Source: Lytechinus pictus (Eukaryota). From it: DNA of 64,000 bases. The notes under the pieces are model-generated. The model searched no databases. It was given only the letters and a program-made list of their open reading frames with translations, and was not told the DNA's origin. Position numbers and translations under genes: made by a program. This document shows, in pieces, positions 39,631 through 53,545 of the stretch (position 1 is its first letter; every line of letters starts with the position of its first letter). The stretch spans positions 186,001-250,000 of the forward strand of contig NW_026974140.1 in NCBI RefSeq assembly GCF_037042905.1. Direction: 5' to 3'.

Positions 39631-41009
39631 TCTACCCACGTTTAGGGTTAACTGCTGATTCAATATGTGAGATAATAATTCGTTATATTAATATTTATCC
39701 GGAGGATACATCTTGTTCTCGAATGTGTGCCATTATGGGGGTTTAATGTAACAACGAAGGGGGGAGTGGAAACGTGACATCTAGACAGCACAATCATTGC
39801 ATATTTATGACCCTGTGCAAATATCTGTTTACCAAAATATAATATAAAAAATAAATTTATTGACTTCGTTATTCTTCATCTGATTTTGATGCAGCATTTA
39901 GTGTGTGTTTGTCTCTGTCCAATTATTTTTGCCCGGAGTTATCAGTATATGCAATTAAGAATTCAAAATTCTTCAGTCTCATGAACTCCCCGCCCTTTCT
40001 GTTTTTCCTCTCCTTTTCTATACCTATTTTATTTCTCCCTATATTTCACAATTTCTTAGATCAATCTATCTCGCTTTTTTATAAAACAACAACCAGTGAA
40101 TCAAGAATTTAAATTCTAACTGGATAGCTTTAAATTGCCTACTATAAAGTTTTGAAATAATATCCATGTATCCATGGGGAAGGGGAATCATCATCATGAT
40201 CATCATCATAATCATTATCATCATAATCAACTATATTTATCATCATCCAAATTATCATTACAGAGTCATCTTGGCTGTGCTCCTAAAACTGAATGGCTTA
40301 ACTTAAACTATAAACCTATACACCTTAACACCTGCAGAGACTATAAGTATACAAGCAGGATACTGGTTGCTATAACGGCAGTGCAAGAGATGCACAATAG
40401 TAAAAAAGCACTCTCCTGGTTCTCAGTAAATCGGTATTGATTTTTAGGATAAAGACAACAGAGCATCAGCGAAGGACTATTAGCTCGCTCGACCATGTCA
40501 ACTCTACATCGGGTCAAACAATAAAAAAAAAATTGAGGGCGAGAGTTTGACATAATGTACAAGTTTATATACACTTTTAAAAATATCTTGTCAATTGACA
40601 AAACAAAATCGTCAAAACATGTTCTTATTTGACAAACTTTGAATTTGTCAAATAAAATTGACAAATTTAACAAACTTTGAATTTGTCAAATAAATTTGTT
40701 ATGCAAGCAGATTTCTTCGACAAATTGAATTCGTCAAGTATTTATGGGAAAAGATTTGTCATTAGACAAATGTTAATTCGTAATGAAAAGTGGTCTTATT
40801 TGACAAATTTTCATTTTGATTCGTCATGCAAAGAAATAAGTTTGTCATGCATAAAAATTAATTCGTAATGTATGACAAATATTTTGTCATGCATGAAAAT
40901 TAAACTGTCATGTAGCACTGCACATAAACCCACTGCAAGACGAATCGTTCATTTCGCTGACAACAAAGTTGTCATGGCATGCACTTTAAAATTTTCACAC
41001 GAACATTAA

Positions 41010-41560
41010 CAGTTACACTAGAGCTGTATAGACCTAACTGTTGCACATGTAGGTTAGAACTCTATATCTGGATTCTAGATAACTTAATAATGTGTGTGAT
41101 CTGAAATGCAAGACTAGATTCTAACTTATCTAGATCCAACTTAGAATTCTAGACTCTATCAAATAAAAAAAGGATAGACCCTAGATCTACAGGTTTGTCC
41201 TACACTCCACGCAGACTAAGACATATATCCTAACTGTTAGGTATAGTTACGAATAAGACTGGGTAATGAAGTGGAACTTTAGGTTGGTTAGATCCTAAGT
41301 TAGATTTAAGTTAGATCTAGTAGATCTACATCACTAAGTTAGAGTTCTATAGATTATGTAGACTAGTCTTACGTTAGACCTAGCCTAGAAATCTAACTTT
41401 AGATAGGAGTCTAACGTTAGATCTAGAGATAGAAAAAATTGAAGCTAGACTAGGCCTAACTGTTAGTCTGACGGCATCGGACCACGCTAGAACGGGGTCA
41501 GACTCAGAACATCAAACTTCTTTGCATAGATCTAACGTTAGATCTAAATCTAGAGATCTA
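41010..41560. repeat. Low-complexity tract built from CTAG/AGATCT/CTAAC motifs
   Basis: Dense TAGATCTA, TCTAGA and CTAACGTTAG palindromes. Confidence 0.6.
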
Positions 41561-42527
41561 TTTACAATTCGAAAAAAAAAACATGTGTGTATTGCTATGG
41601 AATAGCAGTTGATGTCACACACATAGAACTCCCCCATTACTTTAATACTTATTTCACTTAAATTATCTATGTTATAGAGTCTATTGCAAGAGGAGGTGTT
41701 CTTTTCAATGGAGGGACAAGTACAGAGGTTTCACATAATATCATGGATGAATTATTTGTTATATCATTAGAATGAGCAAAATGAGATGTTTTGGGGTACA
41801 TTTTCAGTGTCCAAATGGGAGAGTTGTTCATCTGTGACACCAAAGATCTTGATCGCATTGCCAATGGGAACGTTTCCATAGCATTAGTGATCTCGACATT
41901 CAAATGCTCATAACTTTATTATTACCTATCCAATTTTACAAAAAAAAATTGTTGATTTGATTTTCCTGCTTTCGCACAAGCGTCATGTAACTTGCTCCAA
42001 GGATATCATTCTCCTTTAAAAGGTAGACCCTTGGTAATTTTCCAGTGACTTAGGTCAGCTTTGTGATTTTTTTTTTTTGACAGCAAACTCACTTGATCTG
42101 CTTCTTTGTATGGAAATAGTGGTGAGCTGTACAGGATGAAAAAAAATGTGAATGTTTCAAATCACAGAGAGGACCATTACGTCAAACCCTAGCCTATAAT
42201 CTAGGCGGAGGCTGCAGCTTTTGTATTTGTCTTTACGAAGGGCCTACTGCAGGCAGAGCTGCTCTTACGTAATACCACAGCTGTTGTTTATCTTTTCACC
42301 CAGGCTCTACGCTCAAACTGGCTTGTGGAGGTGAAAATTGAGATAGTAGGGATTACCTGGCCGTGCAGGGTTGATAGCGCTTGGAAATAAATATTTTGGA
42401 CCTTCAAACGAACACTGGGGTATACAGTCCTCACACAGAGGTTTTCGGCATGACCAGCTTGAAAGATGCAGTTTGTGCTTCTAAGCATTTTGACACCTTT
42501 TTCTGAAAAAATCTTCCAAAAATTGAG

Positions 42528-43230
42528 GGGGTGCCACCCAAAAATAATTTGAGGCAATAAGGTTGGTTGACCGCAACCCATTTTTGCCAAAATTGGATAT
42601 CTCGGCTTCTGCATAAGCTATTTAAATAATGTTTGTGTCAAATTCTACATTATTTTGGACAAGGAATTTATTTTCAACAACATTTGGATGGATAAATGCT
42701 GCCATTGTACTTAAAATTTAACCCTTACTTAATTTGGGAGTAAATTTGACCCTCCAAACAAATTTTGTTACTACGCGACCGCAATAAATTGTTTTTACCT
42801 TGTCGCTCGATGACTTTTAAACTTGCAAGCCTAACGCATCTTCGTATACCAAATTTGCGATGCCCAGGTTAGCCGTTCCGAAATCATGCAACATTTTGTA
42901 GGTGCATGTCAGACCCAAAATTGCACAAAAACGTGTTTCTGTGTACAAAGTCAATGTAAAACTCATTTTTGAACAATTTTGGGTCTGACATGCACTTAAG
43001 ATCGTGACAAAATCTGTCAAGAGGGGGTCAAATTGACCCCCTTCCAAATTAAATAAGGGTTATTTAATTTTAAGTACAAAGACAGCATTTATGAATCTTT
43101 TTAAGATAACATAGACATTGATACAAATATCATTGAAATAACTTATGCAGAAGCCAAAATGTACAATTCCGATGAAAATGGGTTGGGATCAACGATCTTT
43201 CTGTCCCAAATCGTTTTCAGGTGGCACCCC
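42528..43230. mobile_element. MITE with GGGGTGCCACC TIRs (Harbinger-like termini) and a central piggyBac-like segment at 42722-43059
   Basis: GGGGTGCCACC..GGTGGCACCCC with long imperfect arms. The inner segment reads TTAA|CCCTTA..TAAGGG|TTAT. Confidence 0.7.
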
Positions 43231-46200
43231 TGTTACACCCACAAATGTAATAATCGCCCACAAATGTAATAACACCCACAAATGTAATAACACTTTACCC
43301 ACAAATGTAATAACGCCCACAAATGTAATAACACTTTACCCACAAATGTAATAATTTCACCCACAAATGTAATAATGCACTTTACCCACAAATGTAATAA
43401 TTTTTGATCGCCCACAAATGTAATAATGACTTTACCCACAAATGTAATAAATTTGAAGGGATTTTTGGCAAATCCGTTCTAAACTAATATCCTATAGTAA
43501 TACGTTAATATAGCACAAAAGTGCATAGTCTTTTTTCCAGACACGGTTAATTCCAAAATTATAATATAAGTCCAAAGTATTTTTCCAGACCCGGTTGTTT
43601 CAAAAATTATAATAAAGTCCAAAGTCTTTTTTCCAGACCCGGTTGTTTCAAAAATTATAATAAAAGAAGTTCAAAGTCTTTTTACCAGACCCGGTTATTA
43701 AAAAAGTTATAATATAAGTCCAAACTAAGATACGATAATGATATTCCAGTGGAATAAAAATGAGAATCGAGCTTTGTCTTTTCTCCAGACCCAGTTAATT
43801 AAAACTAGTGGAATAAATGTCTTTGTTGTTATTTTAACTTATACGGCGCGTATTGTAAACATATGCGCTAAGAGTAAAGTGAGAATCAAGCATAGTCTTT
43901 TCTCGAGACCAGTGGCGACCGCACAGAAGCGTTGTTAACGTAACAAAACGCTAACATTAGGGCCAGTCACACCTTTCACGGGTGACCACCGCCTTGACGC
44001 ATTGTTTTCACTAACAGAGCACTAAAAGTAGGCCTACCGGTATCGATAAACTCACAGAAGCTTAGCCGAAATCCTAAAAATATAACAATAAAAGGCTAAG
44101 CAGAAGCTAACAGTGGCACTAATGTTAATACAAATCACTAACAGTGCCAAAGGCACCAATAGTGACGATGTTAGTGAATAATTTCTCTCTTTAAAACTTG
44201 TCTCCCTTTCTTATACCAAGTAATTTAGAATAAACCTCGACCGAATTAAAGGGGTTTTCTGGGCCCAACAATATATGAATAAATTGAGTAAAATTAGATT
44301 AGCAAATTGCTGAAAATTTCATCAAAATCTTATAAAAAAATAACAAAATTCTTGAATATCAAAAATTAAACACTGTATTTTGCAACTGATATTACTGTGC
44401 AGCATGTGGCCATGAATATGCAATAAATGGAACGATATTGCCATATTCTATAGCTCTTTCCCCTTTTTCTGATTTTACGTCGCCCGAGTAACAAAATGAT
44501 GATCTTTGAAGCAATATTCTCTGTGGACAAAATTTAAATAAACCTAATTTTGTATGATACAACAGACCCTCATTGCATATTCCTGAAGACATGAATATAA
44601 ATTTCACCGAAATAGGGCCTAATGCAAAATTTTAAGATACCATAATTGTTTGTATTCATTTTCAATTTTTATCAATTTGTCAGTGTTTTTTTTATCTCAC
44701 TTTACTGTTTAAACCGTATTATTTTCTTCAGGAATAAGTATATAGCGGGAGATGATGATTAGTGCCAAGATATATGATCCTTTTCAAATATTTTTTTTCT
44801 TCCAAGATATATCATTTATTTAGGTGTTTGAAGACATTATTATGAATAGACCCTACATTAGAAAGAAGAACATTAGCTGATGAAATGTATCGCATGATAA
44901 CCATCATTGGCAAATACTCTGTCATGAGCATGATGAGTGAAGTCTGTGAAGAGCATTTTCAAACAAAAGAAACTGATGAAAAGTGGGATTGCATTTTTTT
45001 TGTACAGAATCTCCATCGTAATATCATGATAGGCTAATTTTTTTTTAAATCTTTTTGAAGCTGATTCTATATTTTTAGATTAAATTAGTAAATATATATT
45101 TACTAACTGCTGCCAATTCATGTTTAAAATGTAATAATAATTCAATTTTGTAGGCCTATAATTATGATAATGAATTACATTCCTTTACCCTTTCCTAGAC
45201 AAGATTTTAAACTTGTAGGATGTGCAAATAATCATAACTAAATCTAAGTTAAATCTAGATCACGACGCACAAATTATAGATTTTGCCTAACTCTAATCCC
45301 CTAACAACAGCTTTCTGTGCCTTCTGTGCGGTAATTCTACCCATGTTGTTAGGAGCTGATTTGTTGATGGATAATACTATACAGATTGTGATGACAAGCG
45401 TTGATCTCAGATGTAAATAATGCATTATAGCCATCACGGCGAGATTACCGGTTCTAACAGGGCCATTCGTTAGCGCAGTGTTAGTGAAATGTTACGCTAA
45501 CAGCGTTTCTGTGCGGCCGATACAGGTAGCTAGAAACAAAAACCCTATAGTAATGCGTTCATATAGCACAAAAGTGCAAAGTCTTTTTTCCAGACCCGGT
45601 TAATTCAAAAATTATAATATAAGTCCAAAGTCTTTTTTCCAGACCCGTTTGTTAAAAAAATCATAATATAAGTCCAAAGTTTTTTTTCCAGACCCGGTTG
45701 TTTCAAAAATTATAATATAAGTCCAAACTAAGATTCGATAATGATATTCCAGTGGAATAAAATTAAGAATCGAGCTTAGTCTTTTCTCCAGACCCAGTTA
45801 ATTAAAACTGGTGGAATAAATGACTTTGTTGTTGTTTTAACTTATACGGCGCGTATTTTGAATATATGCGCTAAGAGTAAATTGAGAATTAAGCATAGTC
45901 TTTTCTCCAGACCCGGTTACTTAAAACTAAAAACTAAAACCCTTTACGCACAAATGTAATAATTTCACCCACAAATGTAATAATGCACTCTACCCACAAA
46001 TGTAATAATTTTTGATCGCCCACAAATGTAATAATGACTTTACCCACAAATGTTATAAATTTGAAGGGATTTTTGGCGAATCTGTTTTAAACTGAAACCC
46101 TATAGTAATGCGTTCATATAGCGCAAAGTCAGTCTTTTTTCCCCAGACCTGGTTATATAAAACATTTAAACAATCTTCCAAATAAAGATCCCAAAATCAA

Positions 46201-47000
46201 TTCTTCTTAATGTTGAATAACATAGAAGTTTAGCGTAGTCTTTCCTCCAGACCCAAATATTTCAAATAGCAAATAAAAAATGATAAATAATAATAAAAAA
46301 TAAAAAAAGACCCCACAATCTTGTTTATGTTGAACAAAATGTAAATATAGCATAGTCTTTCTTCCACACCCAGTTATAAAATAATCATTCAAAAACAAAA
46401 CAACAACAACCGAAAACAGACGCCGCAATCTTTTCAACATTGAATAGCATCGAAATATGGTGTAGTCTTTGTTCCAACCCCGGTTATTTCAAAATAGCAA
46501 ATCATAGAACAATATTAACAAAGACCCCACAATCTCATTGATGTTGAATAACTTTAAAATATAACCTAGTCTTTCTTCATGACCCATTTATTCTAAAATA
46601 ACAAATCATAAAAAGATATATAATAATAATAAAACAAAGGCCCCACAATTTTATTGATGTTGAATAACAAGGAAATATAGCGTAGTCTTTCCTCCAGACC
46701 CACTTATTTCAAAATTACAAATCATTTTTAAAGAGTCAACAAGTAACAAAGACCCCCAATACCTTATGAATTTTAAATAACATGGAAATATAGCGTAGTC
46801 TTTCATCCAGACCCATATCTTTCAACTAACAAATGATGAATAATAATAATAGATTAATAATAATAAAAAAAAAGAATTAGGCCCACGATCCTATTTATGT
46901 TGAATAACATGGAAATATAGCGTAGTCTTTCCTCCAGACCCAGTTATAAAATTCATTAAAAACACAACAACAAAACAAAGACCCTGCAATCTTATCAACA
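43231..47000. mobile_element. Partial copy of the TGT..ACA minisatellite-armed transposon (left part only)
   Basis: Starts TGTTACACCCACAAATGTAATAA like 56218 and has the same 49-bp and ~125-bp subrepeats. It is interrupted by 43909-45526 and ends where the LINE fragment begins. Confidence 0.8.
43909..45526. mobile_element. Non-autonomous DNA transposon, copy 2 (uninterrupted)
   Basis: Same termini and internal sequence as 24864-25431 + 29315-30018 + 31285-31609. Confidence 0.85.
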
Positions 47001-47127
47001 TTGTAATTGTGTATTATGTAGCAGGCAATGTAACTTAACTTGTAACGATTGTTTCTTATGTAGGCCTTTAAGAAATGAACAGGAATCTGAAACTAGTTTT
47101 GATGAAAATGATGGGTACTTTGAAAAT

Positions 47128-48410
47128 TTGATAAATAATAAATATTATACCCCTACGGAATTCGGAAATGTCTTGAAATTACATGGTGAGAAAAATCATC
47201 TGATTTTGGCAAATTTCAATTGCCGTAGTTTAAAGTGTAATTTTGAGACATTCACTAATTGTCTTGATGAAATTGGTCAGAAATTGTCATTTATTGGTAC
47301 TTGTGAAACATGGCTCAATAATGAGGAAGAACATGAATGTATGATTCCAGGTTATACATTTGTAGGCAAACACAGAAATAACAAAAGAGGAGGAGGCGTA
47401 GGCATGTATATAAATGATAACATGAAATATATTAAACGCCCAGACTTGGTCACATTTACTGAAAATATAGAAAGCCTGTTCATTGAAATTCCAAATAAGA
47501 TTAAGAATTATATTGTAGCTGTGATGTATCGTCCGCCAAATCGAAAAATTGTAGATGCTTTAAACGATATTAGTGGAAGTATGAGTAAGATTGCAGGAGA
47601 AAATAAAGAATGCATAATAATGGGATACTTTAATGTCGATTTTCTCAAAAGAAATGAAAACATTGACACATCAGATATTTTCAATAGCTTCGTTACTTTC
47701 TCATACTTACCTTTTATTCATAACCCAACAAGAATTACCAACACTAGTGCGACGACTGTCGATAATATATTTTATAACTTTCCTGAAAAAGTTATTCAAA
47801 GTGGTATTGTAATTACGGACGTTAGTGATCATTTGGCACCATTTATTGTACTGGAAAATAATAACTTTAATAAGGAAAAAGATATTGAAATTGAAAAAAT
47901 AGATTACAGTGATGAAAATATAAACCTATTTTGTAGTGAACTAAGCAAAGTAAATTGGGATGTTTTGAACGCAATTGACAATGTAAACATAAGGTATGAT
48001 TGTTTTCTGAAACTGTATAGAGATGTTTATAATCGATATTTTAGTGCAAAGATAAAGAAAAAGAAAGTAAACACAAAAAGAAAACCATGGATAACGAAAG
48101 ATATCATAAACCTAAGTAAACGAAAACATGCTTTGTACCAAAAATACCTGAAGAGTAAATCTGATACATGTGAAAACGCCTATAAAGGTGCCGTAATGAT
48201 CTCGGTAACTTGATAAGAGAAAAGAAACGCGAGTATTTTCACACGAAATTTGCGAAACTACAAGGTAATATGAAAGGGACATGGAATGTTATAAACCAGA
48301 CTTTAAATAGAAATATATCGAAAACAATTGTAAGAGGGTTAGAAATAAATGGTAGTACAATAACTGATCAACAGGAAATAGTCAATGAGTTCAATGACCA
48401 TTTCACTTAA
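47128..48410 (+). pseudogene. CR1-group (Crack/Daphne/L2-like) LINE ORF2 fragment: APE endonuclease, truncated before RT
   Basis: Motifs NCRSL, ETWL, RGGGVG, YRPP, G(Y)FN, PTR..ATTVDNI, SDH, KPWIT and KGTW.VIN. Frameshift near 48200. Confidence 0.88.
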
Positions 48411-49786
48411 AAATGGGGGTCTTAAATGACTGATGTTACTAAAAAGTGGATGTAGAACAATATAAATACACCTCGGGGATATTGTTTTGGTGTCTACACT
48501 AGGGTTTCAAGGGCCAAACAATACTTTGGGACTGGTTACCGTGATATGCAGCTATCCATTTTGCCTCAAAATCCAAGTTGGCTTAAAAAATGGGTTCTAA
48601 AGTGACTACTGTTACGTAAAATATCTACCTGTTAGAAATAATCTTGGTTCTTACACTTAAATGCATGGGACAAGTTATTATTGTTTCATGAGTTGGTAAC
48701 AGCACCCATTTTGATGAAATTTTTGAATCCATCATGGATTCTTTGACAAAATTGAGTACTAACCATCCTTGTTACTTGTCCGATTGTATTATTTGACCCT
48801 TCATACCACAATTTGGACACCAACATTATTTTTCACAGATTAATATTGTAGAACTCTGACCACTATTGAATATGAGTCGTTTTAGATTCCTTTTTAAAAA
48901 ACCCTCTTGTGTTTTAGGCAAACTGGACAACTGCATATCAATGTAACCAGTCCAAACGTATTGTTTTAACCAAGAAACCATAGTGTGGACACCGAAATCA
49001 TATCTCCTTGGTGGATTTTAAATGAACTAATTTAAAAGTAACAGCAGTCATTTTAGACTCCGATATTTGGAAGCTTTCTTAGATTTTCGACATACTGGAC
49101 CACTGACTGTCCTTGTAACAATTTTTTTTCCTTTTGAAACCATGATATAGGCAACAAAATCATATGCCCTTGACGAATATAACATGAACTATGTCCATTC
49201 TTAAATACCATCGCGGCTAATTGATACAATTGTTTAAGCCACCGTGGACTTTTGGACATACTTGACCACCCATCGTCCTTGTAACTTATCCCAATTTATT
49301 TGTTGACCCATTTAACCATGGTATAGGCACAAAAATCATATTCCCGGATATTGAACAAACTATGTCGGTTTTTTTTTAGTAGCAACAGCATTTTTTACTC
49401 CAGTTTTGGAAGCCATCTTGGATTTTTGAATATACCGGACCACTGACTGTCCTTGTAATATGTCACAATGTATTATTTGACCATTGAAACCATGGTCTAG
49501 ACACCAAAATCATATCTCTCAGGTAGATGTGATATGAGCGATGCCCATTTTAAGGATAAACAACCATTTTAAACTCAATTTTTGGTAACCATCTTGTATT
49601 TTTGGACACACCAGACCACTGGCTGTCCTTGTAACTTGTCCCGATGTGCTACTTCATCATTAAAACAATCGAATGAAAACCAAATTAAAGCCACTTAAGT
49701 AAGTAATAGATGAATTGTTGATTTTTTAGACTAGGGCAGCCATTTTGGGCACCATCTTGGATTTCCTGGTAACCTGGAGTGCTAAT

Positions 49787-52700
49787 ATTAATAATAATAA
49801 TACATGAGATTTATATAGCGCCATTATCCACTTTGTTGAAATGCTCAAGGCGCTTGAAAAAGAGGAGCTAGAATTATAATTTAATGTAAGAAACAAGTGA
49901 ACTAGAACAAGAAAAATACAAGTTGAAATAGATAAATGAATGCCTGTCTTCAGAATGCAGTGTTAAACAAGTAGGTTTTTAAGTTAGTTTTAAAAGATGA
50001 AGTAGTATTGGAATTCCTCAAGACCAAAGGAAGGGAATTCCATAGCGTGTGTGCTGCGTGAGCAAAAGCACGATCCCCCCAGGATTTCTTGGAAGAAGGT
50101 ATTTGAAGAAGGACAGAGTTGGAAGAGCGTAAGGTACGTATTGGTTGGTACTGGTGCAATAAGGATATGTTGTATTGGGGGGCAGTTCCGTAAATAATGT
50201 GGTGGACCAAGAGAAGGATTTTGAAAACAATGCGTTCCTTGACCGGTAGCCAATGAAGCTTCTGAAGGATAGGTGTAATATGAGAGTGTTTCTTTGTCCC
50301 AGAAATAATGCGTGCAGCTGCATTTTGTAGTTTTTGTAGCTGTGATATTGAAGTATTTGGTAGGTTGTAGAGAAGGCTGTTGCCAAAGTCAAGGCGGGAA
50401 GAAATTAACGAATGGACAATCTTTTCTGTTGAAGAACGAGTTAAATATTTACGGATAAAACCGATATTACGTAATTGGTAGCGAACCGATCTACAGATGT
50501 TGGTGATTTGCTTTGACATGGTCATTTGTGAATCAAGCATAGCGCCAAGATCGCGGCAAGAATCAGACAAAGGAACTGTATAACCCGAAATGGAAATGGA
50601 GACGATATTCAATTTTTTCAGCTGCGCTTTTGAACCAAAAAGGAGGAACTCGCATTTACTGTGATTTAGGGACAGTGAATGCGACTTCAACCAAGAGACA
50701 ATATCAGCGACACATTGTTCCAAATGATGCAAGGTTTGAATAGCTTGGGTTTGGATTGGTGGAAAAGAGACTAGGATTTGTATATCATCTGCGTAGAGAT
50801 GGTAACGCACTTGATAGCGTGAGAAAACATTCCGGAGACCGGTGAGGTAAATAGAAAATAATTTAGCCCGCCCACAGAGCCTTGGGGTACTCCACAGACT
50901 ATCGACCTAGAGGAGGAAGTAAAGCCATTCAGGTATACAAAATGGGAATGGCTAGAAAGGTATGATCTAAACCAATCAAGTGCTTTGGCTTGGACACCCA
51001 AACTTTCCAGTGTATTCAGAAGAATATGATGGTCAATGGTATCGAAGGCTGAGGACAGATCGAGGAGGACCATGGCCGTGACACGACCGGAATCCATATC
51101 TTGAAGAATGGAGTTAGTCACGTTAACGAGCAAAGTCTCGACGCTGTGATGGGGGCGATAGGCAGATTGTAGAGGGTCAAGTAAATTGTTTTCGAGCAAA
51201 TAGTCGGAAAGTCTAGAGAAAACAACTCTCTCGAGAACTTTGAATAAAAATGGCAGATTACACACAGGTCGGTAATTTTTCAGAGATTCATGGTCTAAAG
51301 ACGGCTTTTTGAGCAACGGTCGAACGAGTGCAGTTTTCAAAACTGAGGGTACTGTGGCTTGGTCTATGCTGAGATTAATGATTTGAGATATGATTGGGGC
51401 AACGGTCGATGCGCATTCTTTTAAAAGAGTTGTAGGAATGGGATCTGAGGGACAGGATTTTGGAGGCAATTTACGTAAAAGTGAAAGGACTTCATCAGCG
51501 GAGGTGTGCTGGATTGTTGACAAAGTGGAAGAGGTGACAGGTTCTGGTGGTATGACAATTGGGTTGAGACATTCTCTAATATTTTTAACCTTATCATGGA
51601 AAAAATTACCAAAAGATTCTACTAATAAATTGCCGTCGTAGTGCGTGGGTAGAAGAGATGCTTGCTTCCGGTTGAGGAGTCGGTTGGCGACATTATAGAG
51701 CTTCTTGTTGTCTTTTCCGCATTCTTCGATGAGCTTGGTGTGGTATATACGTTTCGCTTTCGAAACAAGATAGTTCACCCGGTCTCTCTGAGTTTGAAAA
51801 ATCTGTCGGTGAATCTCGAGCTTTCCGTTTTCACGCCATTTCCTCTCCAGTCTCCGCCGCTCTTTCTTGGCTTCAGTAATGTCATGGCTGTACCAGGGAC
51901 TTTGTTGGTGTGATCTTGCTTTACGAGTCCTGGCTGGTGCATGAGAGTCTAACAACGTGCCGAGTCCCAAGTTGTAACGTAAGACAGCGGCATCTACACT
52001 CTCTGAAGCAGAAGACATGATGTTACTGTCTTTGATATCATTGATGAAGTAATTCCTGTTGATTCTCTTGATATTGCGAGAGGTGAATGTGGAAACATCA
52101 CATTTAGGCTTGTCAAAACGGAGAAAACAGTTAATGGCGAGATGATCAGATATACCAAGTATGACACGCGGACGACTATGGAGCAGTCTGTCAGAGTTCC
52201 TGACCAGGATGACATCAAGAATGTGGCCACGGTCATGGGTAGACTCTGTCACTAACTGGCGCAGTCCATGTCTGTCGATAAGGTCATTGAATCCTCGGGT
52301 GTGTTAGGAAGAAAGATCGTCTAGATGTATATTTAAATCTCCAGTTATAACCAAAGGAGATAATGTATATAATCTTTCATCCAGCAAATCCGAAAATTCG
52401 TTCATGAACATTGAAAAACATTTGAAACCAGGTGGTCTGTAAATTACCAAAACCTCAAGAGAAGTTGTACCACTAGATACAGTCACAGACATGTATTCAA
52501 AACTGGTACGATCAACTAAGTGGTTTTCAGTGACAGTGAGATTCTTTTTGTACAGAAACCCGACACCTCCTCCACGCTTACACCCTCTAGGATGCTGCAA
52601 AAAAGCAAAACCTGGGGGAGTAAGATCCGCGATGACTGCATCATCAGAGGCAGACAGCCAAGTCTCAGTAACTGCAGTGATGTCACACTCGTTATCCTTA

Positions 52701-53497
52701 ACAAAATCTTGGAAAATTGTTGATTTATTTCGAAGGGAGCGTGCATTGATAGAGCTCAATTTAAGATGGTCCCTAAATCTGTCGCGGCCACCCCGGGTCC
52801 CCCGATGTGTCCTCCGCCTTCGATAAATACCAAGAGACAAAACCCTTCTCCAGGCCATGGTGTTTTCCTCTTGCCATTTTGCTGAAAATCTTGCATTTCT
52901 AGAATTAATTGAGTGAAGAAATTCACTAGTATATTGAATTCTGTTTCTGGTAGGACTAACAGCAGGATCATCACCAGGGCCTGGATTAGGGTGAATGTCA
53001 CCACAACTCAATAGTTTAACACGGAAAGTAGACAAAGAGTTGTGATAGTACAGGGTTAAACCCACCACATACTTCTCCTTAAATTGAACATCAGAGGCAT
53101 TGAACAAGTGAGAGTGGCTGGCAATCATACAACAATAAGTAATAGGTAGCTGAGTGCTCTTACATAATAGAAGCACAGTCAATACAATGAAATGCACTCT
53201 CAATGGCACCATTGTGTAAAATATAATGGGAAGGTTCCCAGGTCAAGTATACAGAGTTAAATGCTGTAGGCCTACAGTGTATAGCCTATTTTCAAACATG
53301 CATAGCAAATTTGAAATCAAAATCACAAAGTACACAAAATATACAACATAACAAACTCTCAAAACTTTACCTATGGGTACTGAAGACAGACATTCAGGTA
53401 AACTAACACAATTTACTTTCAAAGAAAACTGTAAACAGTAAAAATAAAGTGAAAAACCAAGAGCTCCGTGGGTGGGCCGCCACCTGGCGCGCGCTAC

Positions 53498-53498
<1 letters not shown>
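49787..53498 (-). mobile_element. Near full-length L2-type LINE (single ORF, two lesions)
   Basis: GC-rich 5' leader, APE-RT ORF, 3' stem-loop region (GCGCC..GGCGC) and an (ATT)n tail. Confidence 0.9.
49950..53212 (-). pseudogene. L2 ORF2 (2A-like peptide, APE endonuclease, RT) with one in-frame stop (~52304) and one frameshift (~50870)
   Basis: Motifs NARSL, TETWL, GGGVG, YRPP, GDLN, SDH, NYRPV.NL, LDLSSAFDT, GVPQGS, YADD, SRLDFGNSLL, QNAAAR and LHWLPV. Confidence 0.93.
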
Positions 53499-53545
<47 letters not shown>

